Assembly (NCBI GenBank): GCA_963747235.1
Contig: CAVVEU010000008.1
Location: 160,001 to 224,000 of the forward strand
DNA length: 64,000 nt
From: an uncultured Candidatus Rokubacteria bacterium
Lineage (GTDB): Bacteria > Methylomirabilota > Methylomirabilia > Rokubacteriales > CSP1-6
Direction of reading: 5' to 3'
Part shown: positions 29,804 through 40,109 of the stretch, in pieces
Layout of the letters: each line of letters begins with the position of its first letter
Position numbering within the stretch: the stretch's first letter is position 1
The notes under the pieces: model-generated
What the model was told of the DNA's origin: nothing
Databases searched by the model: none
What the model saw: only the letters and a program-made list of their open reading frames with translations
Translations under genes and position numbers: made by a program

Positions 29804-29809
29804 GGGGGA

Positions 29810-29838
29810 ACACTAGGCTCTGAGCCCCCACCTGTCAA
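29810..29838 (-). promoter_or_regulatory. Sigma70 promoter yielding a probably leaderless mRNA
   Basis: TTGACA-17 bp-TAGTGT-6 nt-GTG start, no SD. Confidence 0.7.
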
Positions 29839-29937
29839 GCGCGCTCGGGCCGGTCCGACGCGGGCTTAGGCACCCGCCCGGTGTGCGCTCGGGGGCGCGG
29901 CCAGGAAACATGGCAGGAGGTTAATTGTTTACGGACT

Positions 29938-30747
29938 ATGATCAATCCGATGCGAGTCTCCATCGTGGCGGCGGTGCTCGGCGTGCTCGTGACGGCGGTC
30001 GGGGCGTGGTGTCAGGTCCCTGACACCGTGTTCCTCGAGGAGCTGACCTGGACCGAGGTGCGGGACGCCATCCGGGCGGGCAAGACCACGATCATCGTTC
30101 CGGCCGGCGGCACCGAGCAGAGCGGGCCCCACATGGCGCTGGGCAAGCACAACGCCCGGGTCAAGGTGCTCGCGGAGCGAATTGCCCGGGGGCTGGGCGA
30201 TGCTCTCGTCGCCCCGGTGATCGCCTACGTGCCGGAAGGCGCCATCGAGCCGCCCACGGGGCACATGCGGTTCCCCGGGACCATCACCACGCCCGACGGG
30301 GCCTTCCAGAAGGTCCTCGAAACCGCGGCTCGGAGCTTCAAGCTCCACGGTTTCCGCCACATCGTCCTCCTGGGCGACCACGGCTCCACCCAGACCGGCC
30401 AGAAGGCGGTGGCGGCCCGATTGAACCGGGACTGGGCGGGGACCGGGGTCCGGGTCCACGCGATCGAGGAGTACTACCGGGCGAGCGAGGTCGAGGTGCC
30501 CGAGCTGCTCCGGACCCGCGGCTACCGCGACGCAGAGCTGGGCCGTCACGCCGGGCTCACCGACACCGCGCTGATGCTGGCCACCGACGCTCGGATGGTC
30601 CGATCGGACCGGCTACGCGCGGCGCGCGACGGGGACGGCGTGGATGGAGATCCGACCCGCGCCACCGCCGAGCTGGGCCGCGCGGGCGTCGAGCTGATCG
30701 TGGCCCGGACGGTGGACGCCATCCGCAAATCCATCACGCGTCGCTGA
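29938..30747 (+). CDS. Exported creatininase-family amidohydrolase
   Basis: Signal peptide; LEELTWTEV, GGTEQSGPH, FPGTI, LGDHG, HAGLTDT. Confidence 0.85.
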   Translation: MINPMRVSIVAAVLGVLVTAVGAWCQVPDTVFLEELTWTEVRDAIRAGKTTIIVPAGGTEQSGPHMALGKHNARVKVLAERIARGLGDALVAPVIAYVPEGAIEPPTGHMRFPGTITTPDGAFQKVLETAARSFKLHGFRHIVLLGDHGSTQTGQKAVAARLNRDWAGTGVRVHAIEEYYRASEVEVPELLRTRGYRDAELGRHAGLTDTALMLATDARMVRSDRLRAARDGDGVDGDPTRATAELGRAGVELIVARTVDAIRKSITRR

Positions 30748-30763
30748 GGAGGAGATCACGCTC

Positions 30764-31916
30764 ATGCTCGCTTGGTCACGCTGGCTCGCCGTGGTCGTCT
30801 CCGTCTGGGTCGGGGTCGCGGCGGCTCAGGCCGGGTCGCCCGATCGAAACCGTCCCGGGCATGCCGCCGGTGGTGGACCCGGCCAATCTCTACAGCGAGA
30901 TCCGGTCGGACAAGCTGAGTCCCGCGGTGGCGGGCGCGCTCCCGCGCGTCTACGTGCCCAACCGGCAGGGCAACGACGTCACCGTGATCGATCCGGCCAC
31001 CATGAAGGTGGTGGACCGCTTCGCGGTGGGGATCAACCCGCAGCACGTGGTGCCCTCGTGGGATCTCAAGACGCTGTGGGTGACCAACAATGCGGAAGGG
31101 CGGCCCGACGGCAGCCTCACCCCCATCGACCCCATGACCGGCAAGCCGGGCAAGACCATCATGGTCGAGGACCCGTACAACATGTACTTCACGCCGGACG
31201 GCAAGTCGGCGATCGTGGTGGCGGAGGCGCTCAAGCGGCTCGACTTCCGCGATCCCCACACGATGGCGATGCAGTACTCGATCGAGGTGCCCCAGTGCAA
31301 GGGCATCAACCACGCGGACTTCTCCATCGACGGGCGCATCGCCATCTTCACCTGCGAGTTCCAGGGCAGCCTCGCGCGCATCGACCTCGTCAACCGGAAG
31401 GTGCTGGGCTATCTGAAGCTCTCGCGCGGCGGGATGCCCCAGGACGTCCGGAGCTCGCCCGACGGCAGCCTCTTCTTCGTGGCGGACATGAAGGCGGGCG
31501 GCGTCTTCGTGGTGGACGGGGCCACCTTCACCGAGACCGGCTTCATCAAGACCGGGATCGGCACCCACGGCCTCTACCCGAGCCGCGACGGCACCAAGCT
31601 CTACGTGGCCAACCGCGGGACCTCGCACGTGTACGGGCCGCCCAGGGGCAAGGGCAGCGTCTCGGTGATCGACTTCGCCACGCGGCAGATCGTGGCCACC
31701 TGGCCGATCCCCGGCGGGGGCAGCCCCGACATGGGCAACGTGAGCGTGGACGGCAAGGTGCTCTGGCTCTCCGGGCGCTTCGACAACCTGGTCTACGCCA
31801 TCGACACCACCACCGGCGAGGTGCGCAGCATCCGCGTCGGCAAGGAGCCGCACGGGCTCACGGTCTGGCCGCAGCCCGGCCGCTATTCGCTGGGCCACAC
31901 CGGGAACATGCGGTAG
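30764..31916 (+). CDS. Exported YVTN/YncE beta-propeller protein (5' frameshift near 30840)
   Basis: Repeats VYVPN, LWVTN, LYVAN, SVSVID; signal peptide in adjacent frame. Confidence 0.85.
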
Positions 31917-31931
31917 GAGTCGCCGCGCGCC

Positions 31932-33530
31932 ATGCCCGACACGATTGCCACTCCCATCGCCCTCGAGTCTCCCCGGGTGCGCACCGGCTTCGCCGCGCTC
32001 GGCTTCCTCGGCTGCCTCGCCCTGGCCGGGCTGATCATGACGTGGCGCTACGTCGGCTTCCAGGCCAGCGACGACGCCAACTACCTGGCCGCGGGCCTGC
32101 GCTGGCTCGAGCACTTTCCGTACGTCGGCAACTCCCACTGGACCCTCCGGCACCCCATCGCCCTGCCGATCGCGGCCTCGGTCGCGATCCTCGGCGTCAA
32201 GGAGATCGCGGTGAGCCTGCCCGCGATGCTGTACTTCGTGGCCACGCTCGCGGTGAACGTCTTCTTCGTGTCGCGCTTCATCGGGCTCGGTCCCGCCCTC
32301 GGCGGAACCCTGCTGATGACGACCTTCCCGGGCTTCGTCGTGCTGGCCACCTACATGAATGCCGACCTGGTCGAGCTCTTCTACATGACGGTCGCGTTCT
32401 GGGCGTTCGTGGACGCGGTCGAGCATCCCACTCGGCGGTGGTCGCTCCTCCTGTCGGGGGCCGCGGGAGCGGTCGGCTTCCTGACCCGCGAGACCTCGGC
32501 CGCCTTCGTCATCTTCGCGGGGATCATGTTCCTGTTCCGCCCCGCGATGCCGCGACGGAACTACTTCTTCCTCGCGGCGGGCTTCGTGGGGGTGATGGGC
32601 ATCGAGTGGCTCTATCTCACCGCCATGACCGGCAACCCGCTCTACCGGATCCACATCGACCAGCATCACGACATCATCGACCGCGCCGGCGAGATCGCGC
32701 GTACCCAGGGGCGTGGCGGCATGATCGACGCGGAAGGCAACGTGTCGGTCAGCGTGTGGCTCGATCCGATCCTGAACCTGCTCGTCACCCAGAAGTATGG
32801 GCTCCTCTTCTGGGTCTCGATCCCGGCCGCGTTGGTTCTGTGGCGGTCGCGGCCGTCTCTGCCGATCCGGGCGCGGGTCCTGCGTCTGATGCTCCTGTTC
32901 GCGATCGTGTGGTTCGCGTTCGTCGACCTGAACCCGAAGCTCTACCTCGTCCCGCGCTACATCGTGGTGACCGCCAGCCTTTTCACGATGGCGGTCGGCT
33001 GGTGGCTGGTCGAGGCCTGGCAGCGCGGCCGGCGTCTCCTGGTGGGAATCACGGTGGCCGCGTTGCTGGGGGTGAACCTCCTGGGCCTGATGGTGGAGAA
33101 CACGAACCCACGCTTCGCGGAGCGCACGCTCGTGGCCTTCGTGGCCGCCCATCCCGGCCAGATCGTGTACACGGACGCCGACACCGACATCCGGGCCGAC
33201 TTCTTTCTCCAGTTCAAGGGCATGGACGGGAGCCGGGTGTCCCGCGAGGCGCCCGGTCCGAACGCCCTCATCTTCTACAACGGTGAATCCATGGCCCGCT
33301 GCGCCCGCAGCGTCCGGTGCCGCAAGGACCTCGCGGTCTACGCTCCGAAGCCGAGCTGGCAGGAGGTCGAGCGCATCGACGTCCCGCGCAGCGCAGCGGC
33401 CCGGCTGATCGAGGCGTTCTCCCTCCAGCGCTTCCTGCCCGGGGAGGTGGCGCGGAAGGTCACGCAGCCGGTCGGCGCGGTCGTGGTGTACCGGGTGCCC
33501 GCCCCGACTCCGGAGAGAAACGGCCGATGA
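31932..33530 (+). CDS. GT-C fold membrane glycosyltransferase (PMT_2/ArnT-like)
   Basis: SDDANY loop after TM1, many TM helices, FLTRE, VPRY. Confidence 0.75.
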   Translation: MPDTIATPIALESPRVRTGFAALGFLGCLALAGLIMTWRYVGFQASDDANYLAAGLRWLEHFPYVGNSHWTLRHPIALPIAASVAILGVKEIAVSLPAMLYFVATLAVNVFFVSRFIGLGPALGGTLLMTTFPGFVVLATYMNADLVELFYMTVAFWAFVDAVEHPTRRWSLLLSGAAGAVGFLTRETSAAFVIFAGIMFLFRPAMPRRNYFFLAAGFVGVMGIEWLYLTAMTGNPLYRIHIDQHHDIIDRAGEIARTQGRGGMIDAEGNVSVSVWLDPILNLLVTQKYGLLFWVSIPAALVLWRSRPSLPIRARVLRLMLLFAIVWFAFVDLNPKLYLVPRYIVVTASLFTMAVGWWLVEAWQRGRRLLVGITVAALLGVNLLGLMVENTNPRFAERTLVAFVAAHPGQIVYTDADTDIRADFFLQFKGMDGSRVSREAPGPNALIFYNGESMARCARSVRCRKDLAVYAPKPSWQEVERIDVPRSAAARLIEAFSLQRFLPGEVARKVTQPVGAVVVYRVPAPTPERNGR

Positions 33531-34468
33531 GCCCGGTCACCCCGCTGCGCCTTGCGGTGCTGGTGCCGTGCTACAACGAGGAGGCCGCGATCGCCGCGGT
33601 CGTCCGGGACTTCCGGGCCGCGCTCCCCCACGCGGTCATCTACGTCTACGACAACAACTCGCGGGACCGGACGGTAGAGATAGCGCGCCGGGCCGGCGCC
33701 GTCGTGCGGAGCGAGCCGCTCCAGGGCAAGGGCAACGTGGTCCGCCGCATGTTTGCGGACATCGAGGCGGACGTCTACGTGCTCGTGGACGGCGACGCGA
33801 CCTATCACGCGCCGAGTGCCCCCGTGATGATCGACCGGCTGGTCAGCGAGCGGCTCGACATGGTGGTGGGCTGCCGGGTGGACTCGGAGGAGGCCGCCTA
33901 CCGGGCCGGCCACCGGCTCGGAAACGCGCTGTTCACGGGCTCCGTCGCCCGGATGTTCGGCAACCGGTTCACCGACATCCTGTCCGGCTACCGGGTATTC
34001 TCCCGCCGATTCGTGAAGTCGTTTCCGGGGCTGTCCAAGGGCTTCGAGATCGAGACCGAGCTGACCGTGCACGCGCTCGAGCTGCGCATGCCGATCGCGG
34101 AGATGGACACCCCCTACGGCGCCCGTCCCGCCGGCTCCCAGAGCAAGCTGTCCACCTTCAAGGACGGCTTCCGGATCCTGCTCATGATGGCCGCGCTCTT
34201 CAAGGATGAGCGGCCGCTGCAGTGCTTCAGCATCGTGTTCGGGGTCCTCGCGGCGGTGTCGGTGGGGCTGGCCATTCCCGTCGTCCAGACGTACATGGAG
34301 ACCGGGCTCGTACCCCGCTTCCCCACCGCCATCCTCGCCACCGGCATCATGCTGCTCGGCTTCCTGAGCCTCACGTGCGGGTTCATCCTCGATACGGTGA
34401 CCCACGGCCGGCGCGAGCTGAAGCGGCTGTCCTATCTCTCCGTCCCCGGCCCCGGCTCTCCGGAGTGA
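33527..34468 (+). CDS. GT2 polyprenol-phosphate glycosyltransferase (GtrB/DPM-like)
   Basis: PCYNEE, DNNS, GKG, VDGDATY, DILSGYR, FEIETE; two C-terminal TMs. Confidence 0.92.
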   Translation: MSPVTPLRLAVLVPCYNEEAAIAAVVRDFRAALPHAVIYVYDNNSRDRTVEIARRAGAVVRSEPLQGKGNVVRRMFADIEADVYVLVDGDATYHAPSAPVMIDRLVSERLDMVVGCRVDSEEAAYRAGHRLGNALFTGSVARMFGNRFTDILSGYRVFSRRFVKSFPGLSKGFEIETELTVHALELRMPIAEMDTPYGARPAGSQSKLSTFKDGFRILLMMAALFKDERPLQCFSIVFGVLAAVSVGLAIPVVQTYMETGLVPRFPTAILATGIMLLGFLSLTCGFILDTVTHGRRELKRLSYLSVPGPGSPE

Positions 34469-34477
34469 CGGGTACGC

Positions 34478-35677
34478 TCAGCGCCGCCGGGTGCTGAGGG
34501 TGAAGAGGACCCAGCTCAGCGCGACCGCGACCGGGGCCGCGCCGAAGGGGATGGTGTAGGCGCCGGTGAGGTCGTAGAGGAAGCCCGCCGCCGCGGGGCC
34601 GATCGCGGCGCCCAGGCGCCAGCCGAGGGTCAGGACCCCCATGATGGCCCCGATGGCGCGGACCCCGAACACTTCCGGGATCACCTTCGCGACCATGGTG
34701 TCGGAGGCGGCGAAGCCGGCGCCGAACAGCACCAGCGAGGCGAGCAGCGCGGCGCGCGACGGGAACCACAGCAGCGCGATCAGCGCGACGATCTCGATCA
34801 CGTAGGCCGTCCCGATGGTCATGCGCGTGCCCATCCGATCGGACACGAATCCCGCGGTGAGCCGTCCGGCCACCGAGCCGATCCCGTAGGCGGTCAGGGC
34901 GAGCGAGGCGTCGGCCAGGCTCACGCCCTGGTCCCGCGCGAACGGGACCGCGTGCACCGAGATCATGAGGGCCAGCCCGCCGAGCAGCAGCCAGGAGAGG
35001 TTCAGGCCCCACTGCCGCGGATCGCGCAGCGACTGGCGCAGCGTCATGCCGTCCGGCGGGGCGCCCGCGGGTCCGGTCGGGGCGCGCAGCAGGTCTCGCC
35101 GCTCGGCGCCGTGCGGCAGGCGCACCGTGATGGCCGCGCAGAAGCTCAGCAGCCCGCAGCCGCCGCCGAGGACCCAGTACGCGGCGCGCCACCCGAGCTT
35201 GATGATGAGCCACGCGGCGAGCGGCCCGCCCGTGATGTAGCCGAGATTGAAGCCCACCAGCACCAGGGCCAGCGCGAGCCCGCGCCGCTCGTCGAACCAG
35301 TGGGTGACGGTGGCGGTGCTCAGCAGGTAGAAGCTCGACATCCCGATCCCGCCCAGGAGCCCGATGAGCAGGTAGAGCTGCCACAGCGCGCCGATCACCG
35401 AGACGAGCGCGAACGCGGCGCCGGCGAGCGTGACCGTCACCACCAGCAGCAGGCGGGGGCCGCGGCGGTCCGCGAGCGCGCCGACCCCGAAGCCGGCCAC
35501 GCCGCCCACCAGCAGGTTGACCGACAGCGCGGCCGAGATCGCGCCGCGGCTCCAGCCGAAGTGCTCGGCGAGCACGGGCAGGAAGACGCCGTAGGCGGCC
35601 AGCGGCGTCGAGATGCCGTAGGTGACCACGAAGAGCGCCGCCACGATCAGCCAGCGGCGGGTGTCCGGGCGCGGCAT
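34478..35677 (-). CDS. MFS transporter
   Basis: 12 hydrophobic segments, GALADRRGPR, WFDERRGLA. Confidence 0.9.
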   Translation of the reverse strand: MPRPDTRRWLIVAALFVVTYGISTPLAAYGVFLPVLAEHFGWSRGAISAALSVNLLVGGVAGFGVGALADRRGPRLLLVVTVTLAGAAFALVSVIGALWQLYLLIGLLGGIGMSSFYLLSTATVTHWFDERRGLALALVLVGFNLGYITGGPLAAWLIIKLGWRAAYWVLGGGCGLLSFCAAITVRLPHGAERRDLLRAPTGPAGAPPDGMTLRQSLRDPRQWGLNLSWLLLGGLALMISVHAVPFARDQGVSLADASLALTAYGIGSVAGRLTAGFVSDRMGTRMTIGTAYVIEIVALIALLWFPSRAALLASLVLFGAGFAASDTMVAKVIPEVFGVRAIGAIMGVLTLGWRLGAAIGPAAAGFLYDLTGAYTIPFGAAPVAVALSWVLFTLSTRRR

Positions 35678-36168
35678 CAGGTCGCGATCGGAGAGCGCTT
35701 TCGCAGCAGGTAGCGGTGCTCGCCTTCCATCACCAGGTCGCCGGCCTGGTTGTGCACGGTCGCGCGCATGACGACCACCCCGGTGGTGCGCCCGGGCTCG
35801 AGCGCGGTGATGGTGAGCGCGGGATACACGGTGTCGCCCACGTAGACCGGCTTCAGGAAGCGGGACGACTGCTCGAGGAACGCGATCAGCGACTCGCCGA
35901 TCCCGTGCGGGAACATGCCCGCGCCCGCCGCGGCCTGCGCGGTGACCAGGAGCCCGTGGGCGAGCAGATCGCGATGGCCGTGGGTGTGGCAGTACTCGCG
36001 GTCGTAGTGGATCGGGTGGTTGTCGGCGGAGGCGAGCTGGAAGGCGGCGAAGAGCGCCTCGGTCATGGTGCGCGAGGGATTGAGGAAGCGCTCGCCCAGC
36101 TTCAGATCGTCGAACCAGCGCGGCTCGGCGAGCCGGTGCGCGCCCGGAGAGAAGGCCGGATCGGGCAT
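35677..36168 (-). CDS. MaoC-family dehydratase
   Basis: SADNHPIHYD, LAHG, FLKPVYVGDT, NQAG. Confidence 0.9.
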   Translation of the reverse strand: MPDPAFSPGAHRLAEPRWFDDLKLGERFLNPSRTMTEALFAAFQLASADNHPIHYDREYCHTHGHRDLLAHGLLVTAQAAAGAGMFPHGIGESLIAFLEQSSRFLKPVYVGDTVYPALTITALEPGRTTGVVVMRATVHNQAGDLVMEGEHRYLLRKRSPIAT

Positions 36169-36191
36169 GGACCGCGTTCCGCTCGGCCGCG

Positions 36192-37385
36192 CTAGCGCGC
36201 CGGCACGGGCGCGGCGGCGGGCACGGAGGACGGGATGCGGCCGGGCAGCAGCGAGACGAAGAGCGTGGTGAGGGACGAGATGCCCGCCATCACCAGGAGC
36301 AGCGTGGTGAAGCCCGCCGCCTTGACCGTCGGCCCCAGCAGGTAGACCGCGAGCGCGCTGACCCCGAAGGAGACCGCGAGGCGCATGCCGGCCACCCGGG
36401 AGCGCATCCGGTCGTCCACGTACTGCACGATCATGGCGTCGACGAACGGGATGGCCCCGAACACGACCACCATGAAGAGCAGCATGAGGGCGTACAGCGC
36501 CCAGCCCTCCGAGTGGGCGGCCAGGGCGAAGAGCGGGACCTGCATGGCCACGATGGGCAGGTAGACGTACTTGAGCGGGTAGCGGTCGATCAGCTTTCCC
36601 ACCACGATCTGGGCGAGCGAGGCGATCGCGTAGACCACCGCGAGGAGGACGCCGAGGGTGGCCGGATTGTCCACCAGGCCGCGGAGCCGCTCGGCCAGGA
36701 GCTGGTTGTTCCCGTTGGTGGTGAAGTTGAAGATCATGCTGCTCGACACCGCGGCCAGCGACATCACGAGGAAGATCCGCGCCATCAGCGCGGGGGGCAG
36801 CTCCACGTGGCGCTTGGGCTTCCTGGCGGGCGCCATCTCCTCGCGCGGGACCACGAGCGCGAAGGTGATGCCGCACGCGATGGACAGCAGGGAGGGCACC
36901 GCGAAGGCCATGCGCCAGCCCGCCTGCTGGACCAGGAAGCCGGTCAGGATCGCCGCGACCGCGATGCCCAGGTTGCCCGCGAGCCCGTTGAGCCCGATGG
37001 TGAAGCCCGGGCGCGTCGAGTTCTGCACGATCATGGGGATGCCCACCGGGTGATAGATGGAGGCGAAGGCGCCCATGAGCGTCAGCGCGACCGCGAGCTG
37101 CCAGGGGCGCTGCGCCGTCGCCACCACGAGGCCGGCCGCGCCGAGGCCCAGGAAGAAGATGATCATCATGACGCGCCGGCCCCAGAGGTCGCCCAGGCGG
37201 CCCGCGGGGAGCGAGCCCAGCCCGAACATGACGAAGGCCCCCACGGTGTAGGGCATCAGGTCCTGCCAGACCATGCCCCACTGCGTCGCGATCCCCGACA
37301 CCGCGGTGGCGAAGATCAGCAGGAAGAGGTGGTCCATCGCGTGACCGACGTTGAGGAGCAGCGCGGTGGGGCTCGTGTTCGACAT
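36192..37385 (-). CDS. MFS transporter
   Basis: GRLGDLWGRR, SIYHPVG, 12 TMs. Confidence 0.9.
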   Translation of the reverse strand: MSNTSPTALLLNVGHAMDHLFLLIFATAVSGIATQWGMVWQDLMPYTVGAFVMFGLGSLPAGRLGDLWGRRVMMIIFFLGLGAAGLVVATAQRPWQLAVALTLMGAFASIYHPVGIPMIVQNSTRPGFTIGLNGLAGNLGIAVAAILTGFLVQQAGWRMAFAVPSLLSIACGITFALVVPREEMAPARKPKRHVELPPALMARIFLVMSLAAVSSSMIFNFTTNGNNQLLAERLRGLVDNPATLGVLLAVVYAIASLAQIVVGKLIDRYPLKYVYLPIVAMQVPLFALAAHSEGWALYALMLLFMVVVFGAIPFVDAMIVQYVDDRMRSRVAGMRLAVSFGVSALAVYLLGPTVKAAGFTTLLLVMAGISSLTTLFVSLLPGRIPSSVPAAAPVPAR

Positions 37386-37464
37386 GGGGCCTTTGGTCTC
37401 CGCTACGTTGCGGGATAGAAGCGCTTGCCGTAGAGCATACCGTACCGCGCGGCCCGACGGACGC

Positions 37465-38844
37465 TCATTTGACCTGGGGCAGGTGGCGCAGCGCCTCCTG
37501 GACCTGCTCCGCGGGGTACTCGTAGTCCTGGAGCTTCCCCGCCAGGTACGCCTCGTAGGCGGAGAGATCGAGGTAGCCGTGGCCGCAGAGGTTGAACACG
37601 ATCGTCTTGCGCTTGCCTTCCTTCTTCGCGGTGAGCGCCTCGTCGATGGCCCCGCGCACCGCGTGGGCCGCTTCCGGCGCGGGCAGGATCCCCTCGGCCC
37701 GCGCGAAGAGCACCGCGGCCTCGAAGGTGGCGAGCTGGGGCACCGCGCGCGCCTCGATCAGCCCCTCGTCGTAGAGCTTGCAGATGAGCGGGGCCATGCC
37801 GTGATAGCGCAGGCCGCCCGCGTGCACCGGCGCGGGGATGAAGGTGTGGCCGAGCGTGTGCATCTTCACGAGCGGGGTCAGGCCGACGGTGTCGCCGAAG
37901 TCGTAGACGTACTTGCCCTTGGTGAGGCTCGGGCACGCGCTGGGCTCGATCGCCACGATCCGCCGCTTCTTGTTCTTGCCGGTGAGCCGGTCGGCCACGA
38001 AGGGGAAGGAGAAGCCCGCGAAGTTCGAGCCCCCGCCGATGCAGCCCACGACCACGTCGGCCTCGTCGTCCGCCTTCTCGAGCTGCTTGCGGGTCTCGAG
38101 CCCGATCACGGTCTGGTGCAGGAGCACGTGGTTGAGCACGCTGCCGAGCGCGTACTTGGTGTCGTCGCGGGTGGCCGCGTCCTCCACCGCCTCGCTGATC
38201 GCGATGCCGAGGCTGCCCGGCGAATTCGGATCCTGCGCGAGCACCTGCTTGCCCGCCTGGGTGTCGGGGCTCGGGCTCGCCACCACCTGCGCGCCGAACG
38301 TCTCCATGAGGATGCGGCGGTAGGGCTTCTGCTGGTACGACACCTTCACCATGTACACCTTGCACTGCAGGCCGAAGAACGCGCAGGCCTGCGAGAGCGC
38401 GGAGCCCCACTGGCCCGCGCCGGTCTCGGTGGCCAGGCGCGCGACCTTCTCCTGCTTGTTGTAGTAGGCCTGCGCGATCGCGGTGTTCGGCTTGTGGCTG
38501 CCCGCCGGGCTCACGCCCTCGTACTTGTAGTAGATGCGCGCCGGCGTATCGAGCGCCTTCTCGAGTCGCCGCGCGCGATAGAGCGGGGTGGGGCGCCAGA
38601 GGCGCAGGATGTCGCGCACCTCGTCCGGGATCTCGATCCACCGCTCCTGGCTGACCTCCTGCTTGATCAGCTCCATCGGGAAGAGCGGGGCCAGATCCTG
38701 CGGCCCGATCGGCTGGCCGGTGCCCGGGTGCAGCGGCGGCGGCAGCGGCGTCTTGAAGTCGGCCTGGATGTTGTACCAGCGGGTGGGCAGCTCCTTCTCG
38801 GAGAGAAGGTACTTGGTGGTCATGTCGGCCGGCTTCCGAGCCAT
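37465..38844 (-). CDS. trpB2: Stand-alone tryptophan synthase beta-like enzyme (TrpB2)
   Basis: GSHKPNT (PLP Lys), [22 protein letters not shown]. Confidence 0.95.
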   Translation of the reverse strand: MARKPADMTTKYLLSEKELPTRWYNIQADFKTPLPPPLHPGTGQPIGPQDLAPLFPMELIKQEVSQERWIEIPDEVRDILRLWRPTPLYRARRLEKALDTPARIYYKYEGVSPAGSHKPNTAIAQAYYNKQEKVARLATETGAGQWGSALSQACAFFGLQCKVYMVKVSYQQKPYRRILMETFGAQVVASPSPDTQAGKQVLAQDPNSPGSLGIAISEAVEDAATRDDTKYALGSVLNHVLLHQTVIGLETRKQLEKADDEADVVVGCIGGGSNFAGFSFPFVADRLTGKNKKRRIVAIEPSACPSLTKGKYVYDFGDTVGLTPLVKMHTLGHTFIPAPVHAGGLRYHGMAPLICKLYDEGLIEARAVPQLATFEAAVLFARAEGILPAPEAAHAVRGAIDEALTAKKEGKRKTIVFNLCGHGYLDLSAYEAYLAGKLQDYEYPAEQVQEALRHLPQVK

Positions 38845-38856
38845 GAGCGGCCTCCT

Positions 38857-39413
38857 TTAGTGCGCCGCGCGGTCGGCGCGGTCGATCAGGGCGTTCGACG
38901 GCAACCGCGGATCGAGGGCCTTGCGGGCGGTCTCGCGGCCGGCCACGGGCAGGGTCGCCGGATCGAGCAGGCCGAGCTGGACGAGCACCGAGGCCTGGTC
39001 CCAGTAGATGTGCTCGTGGGCCAGCTTGCCGTCCCGGAACCGGACGATCGCGACCAGGGCAATCTCGACCCGCTTCCCGGTCGGCGCCAGGCCGGGCAGC
39101 ATCCAGTCCATGCGGATCGTGTGCGTAAACGTGAAGACCATCTCGTCCACCACCTGGTCGGCGCCGATGGTGCGGGAGATGGGCGTCATCTCCGTGTCCG
39201 GGGGCATCTGGGGGATGAAGCGCCGGGAGTAGAACTCCCGCAGCGCGTCCCGGCCCACCCCGCCGGTCAACACCGGGATGTGGTTGACGTAGGCGTCCTC
39301 GACCATGGTGGCGAGGGTATCCTCGGTGTTGCGCGTCGCGAACTCGTACCGCACGTGCGCTTCCCAGAGATCGCGCAGGAGCTCCTGGGCCGGCGTGAGC
39401 TCGGGTCGGACAT
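38857..39413 (-). CDS. SnoaL-like ester cyclase family protein (frameshift just after ATG)
   Basis: WEAHVRYEF, VNHIP, PTGKRV, EHIYWDQAS. Confidence 0.85.
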
Positions 39414-39477
39414 GATCGGGCCCCACAGTACAGGGCGGCCCGGGAACAGCCGTCAAGCGCCGGCGCCGGACAGCGGC

Positions 39478-39512
39478 TTGACGCCGCGCGGCGGTGCCGT
39501 GATACTCCCTCC
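39478..39512 (+). promoter_or_regulatory. Sigma70 promoter yielding a probably leaderless mRNA
   Basis: TTGACG-17 bp-GATACT-6 nt-ATG, no SD. Confidence 0.7.
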
Positions 39513-40094
39513 ATGCTCAGCGACGACGGCCTCGACCTGCTCTTTCGCAACGCGCGGACCCACAAGGTGTGGCTCGACCGGCCCGTGCCGGAGGATCTCC
39601 TGCGCCGGGTCTACGACCTGGCCCGGCTCGGCCCCACCAGCGCCAACTGCAGCCCGATGCGCGCGCTGTTCCTGACCTCGCGCGAGGCCAAGGAGCGGCT
39701 GCGGCCCGCGCTGAGCCCGGCCAACGTGGACAAGACCATGCAGGCGCCGGTGACCGCCGTCATCGGCCACGCGGTGGACTTCTACGACGAGCTGCCGCGC
39801 CTGTTCCCGGCCGCCGACATGCGCGTGCACTTCGCGGGGAAGCCCGAGTTCGCCGCCGCGACCGCGTTCCGCAACGGCAGCCTCCAGGGCGCCTACCTGA
39901 TGCTGGCCGCGCGCGCCCTCGGCCTCGACTGCGGCGCGATGTCCGGCTTCGACAACGCCAAGGTGGACGCCGAGTTCTTTCCGGACGGGCGGGTGAAGTC
40001 GAACTTCCTGTGCAACCTGGGTCACGGTGACGCGAGCAAGCTCACTCCGCGCGGGCCGCGCCTGTCGTTCGACGAGGCCTGCCGCATCCTGTAG
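39513..40094 (+). CDS. rutE: Nitroreductase-family malonic semialdehyde reductase (RutE/YcdI-like)
   Basis: LFRNART, GPTSANCSP, RNGSLQGAY, MSGFD, RGPRL. Confidence 0.88.
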   Translation: MLSDDGLDLLFRNARTHKVWLDRPVPEDLLRRVYDLARLGPTSANCSPMRALFLTSREAKERLRPALSPANVDKTMQAPVTAVIGHAVDFYDELPRLFPAADMRVHFAGKPEFAAATAFRNGSLQGAYLMLAARALGLDCGAMSGFDNAKVDAEFFPDGRVKSNFLCNLGHGDASKLTPRGPRLSFDEACRIL

Positions 40095-40109
40095 GAGGAC
40101 GATCCGATC

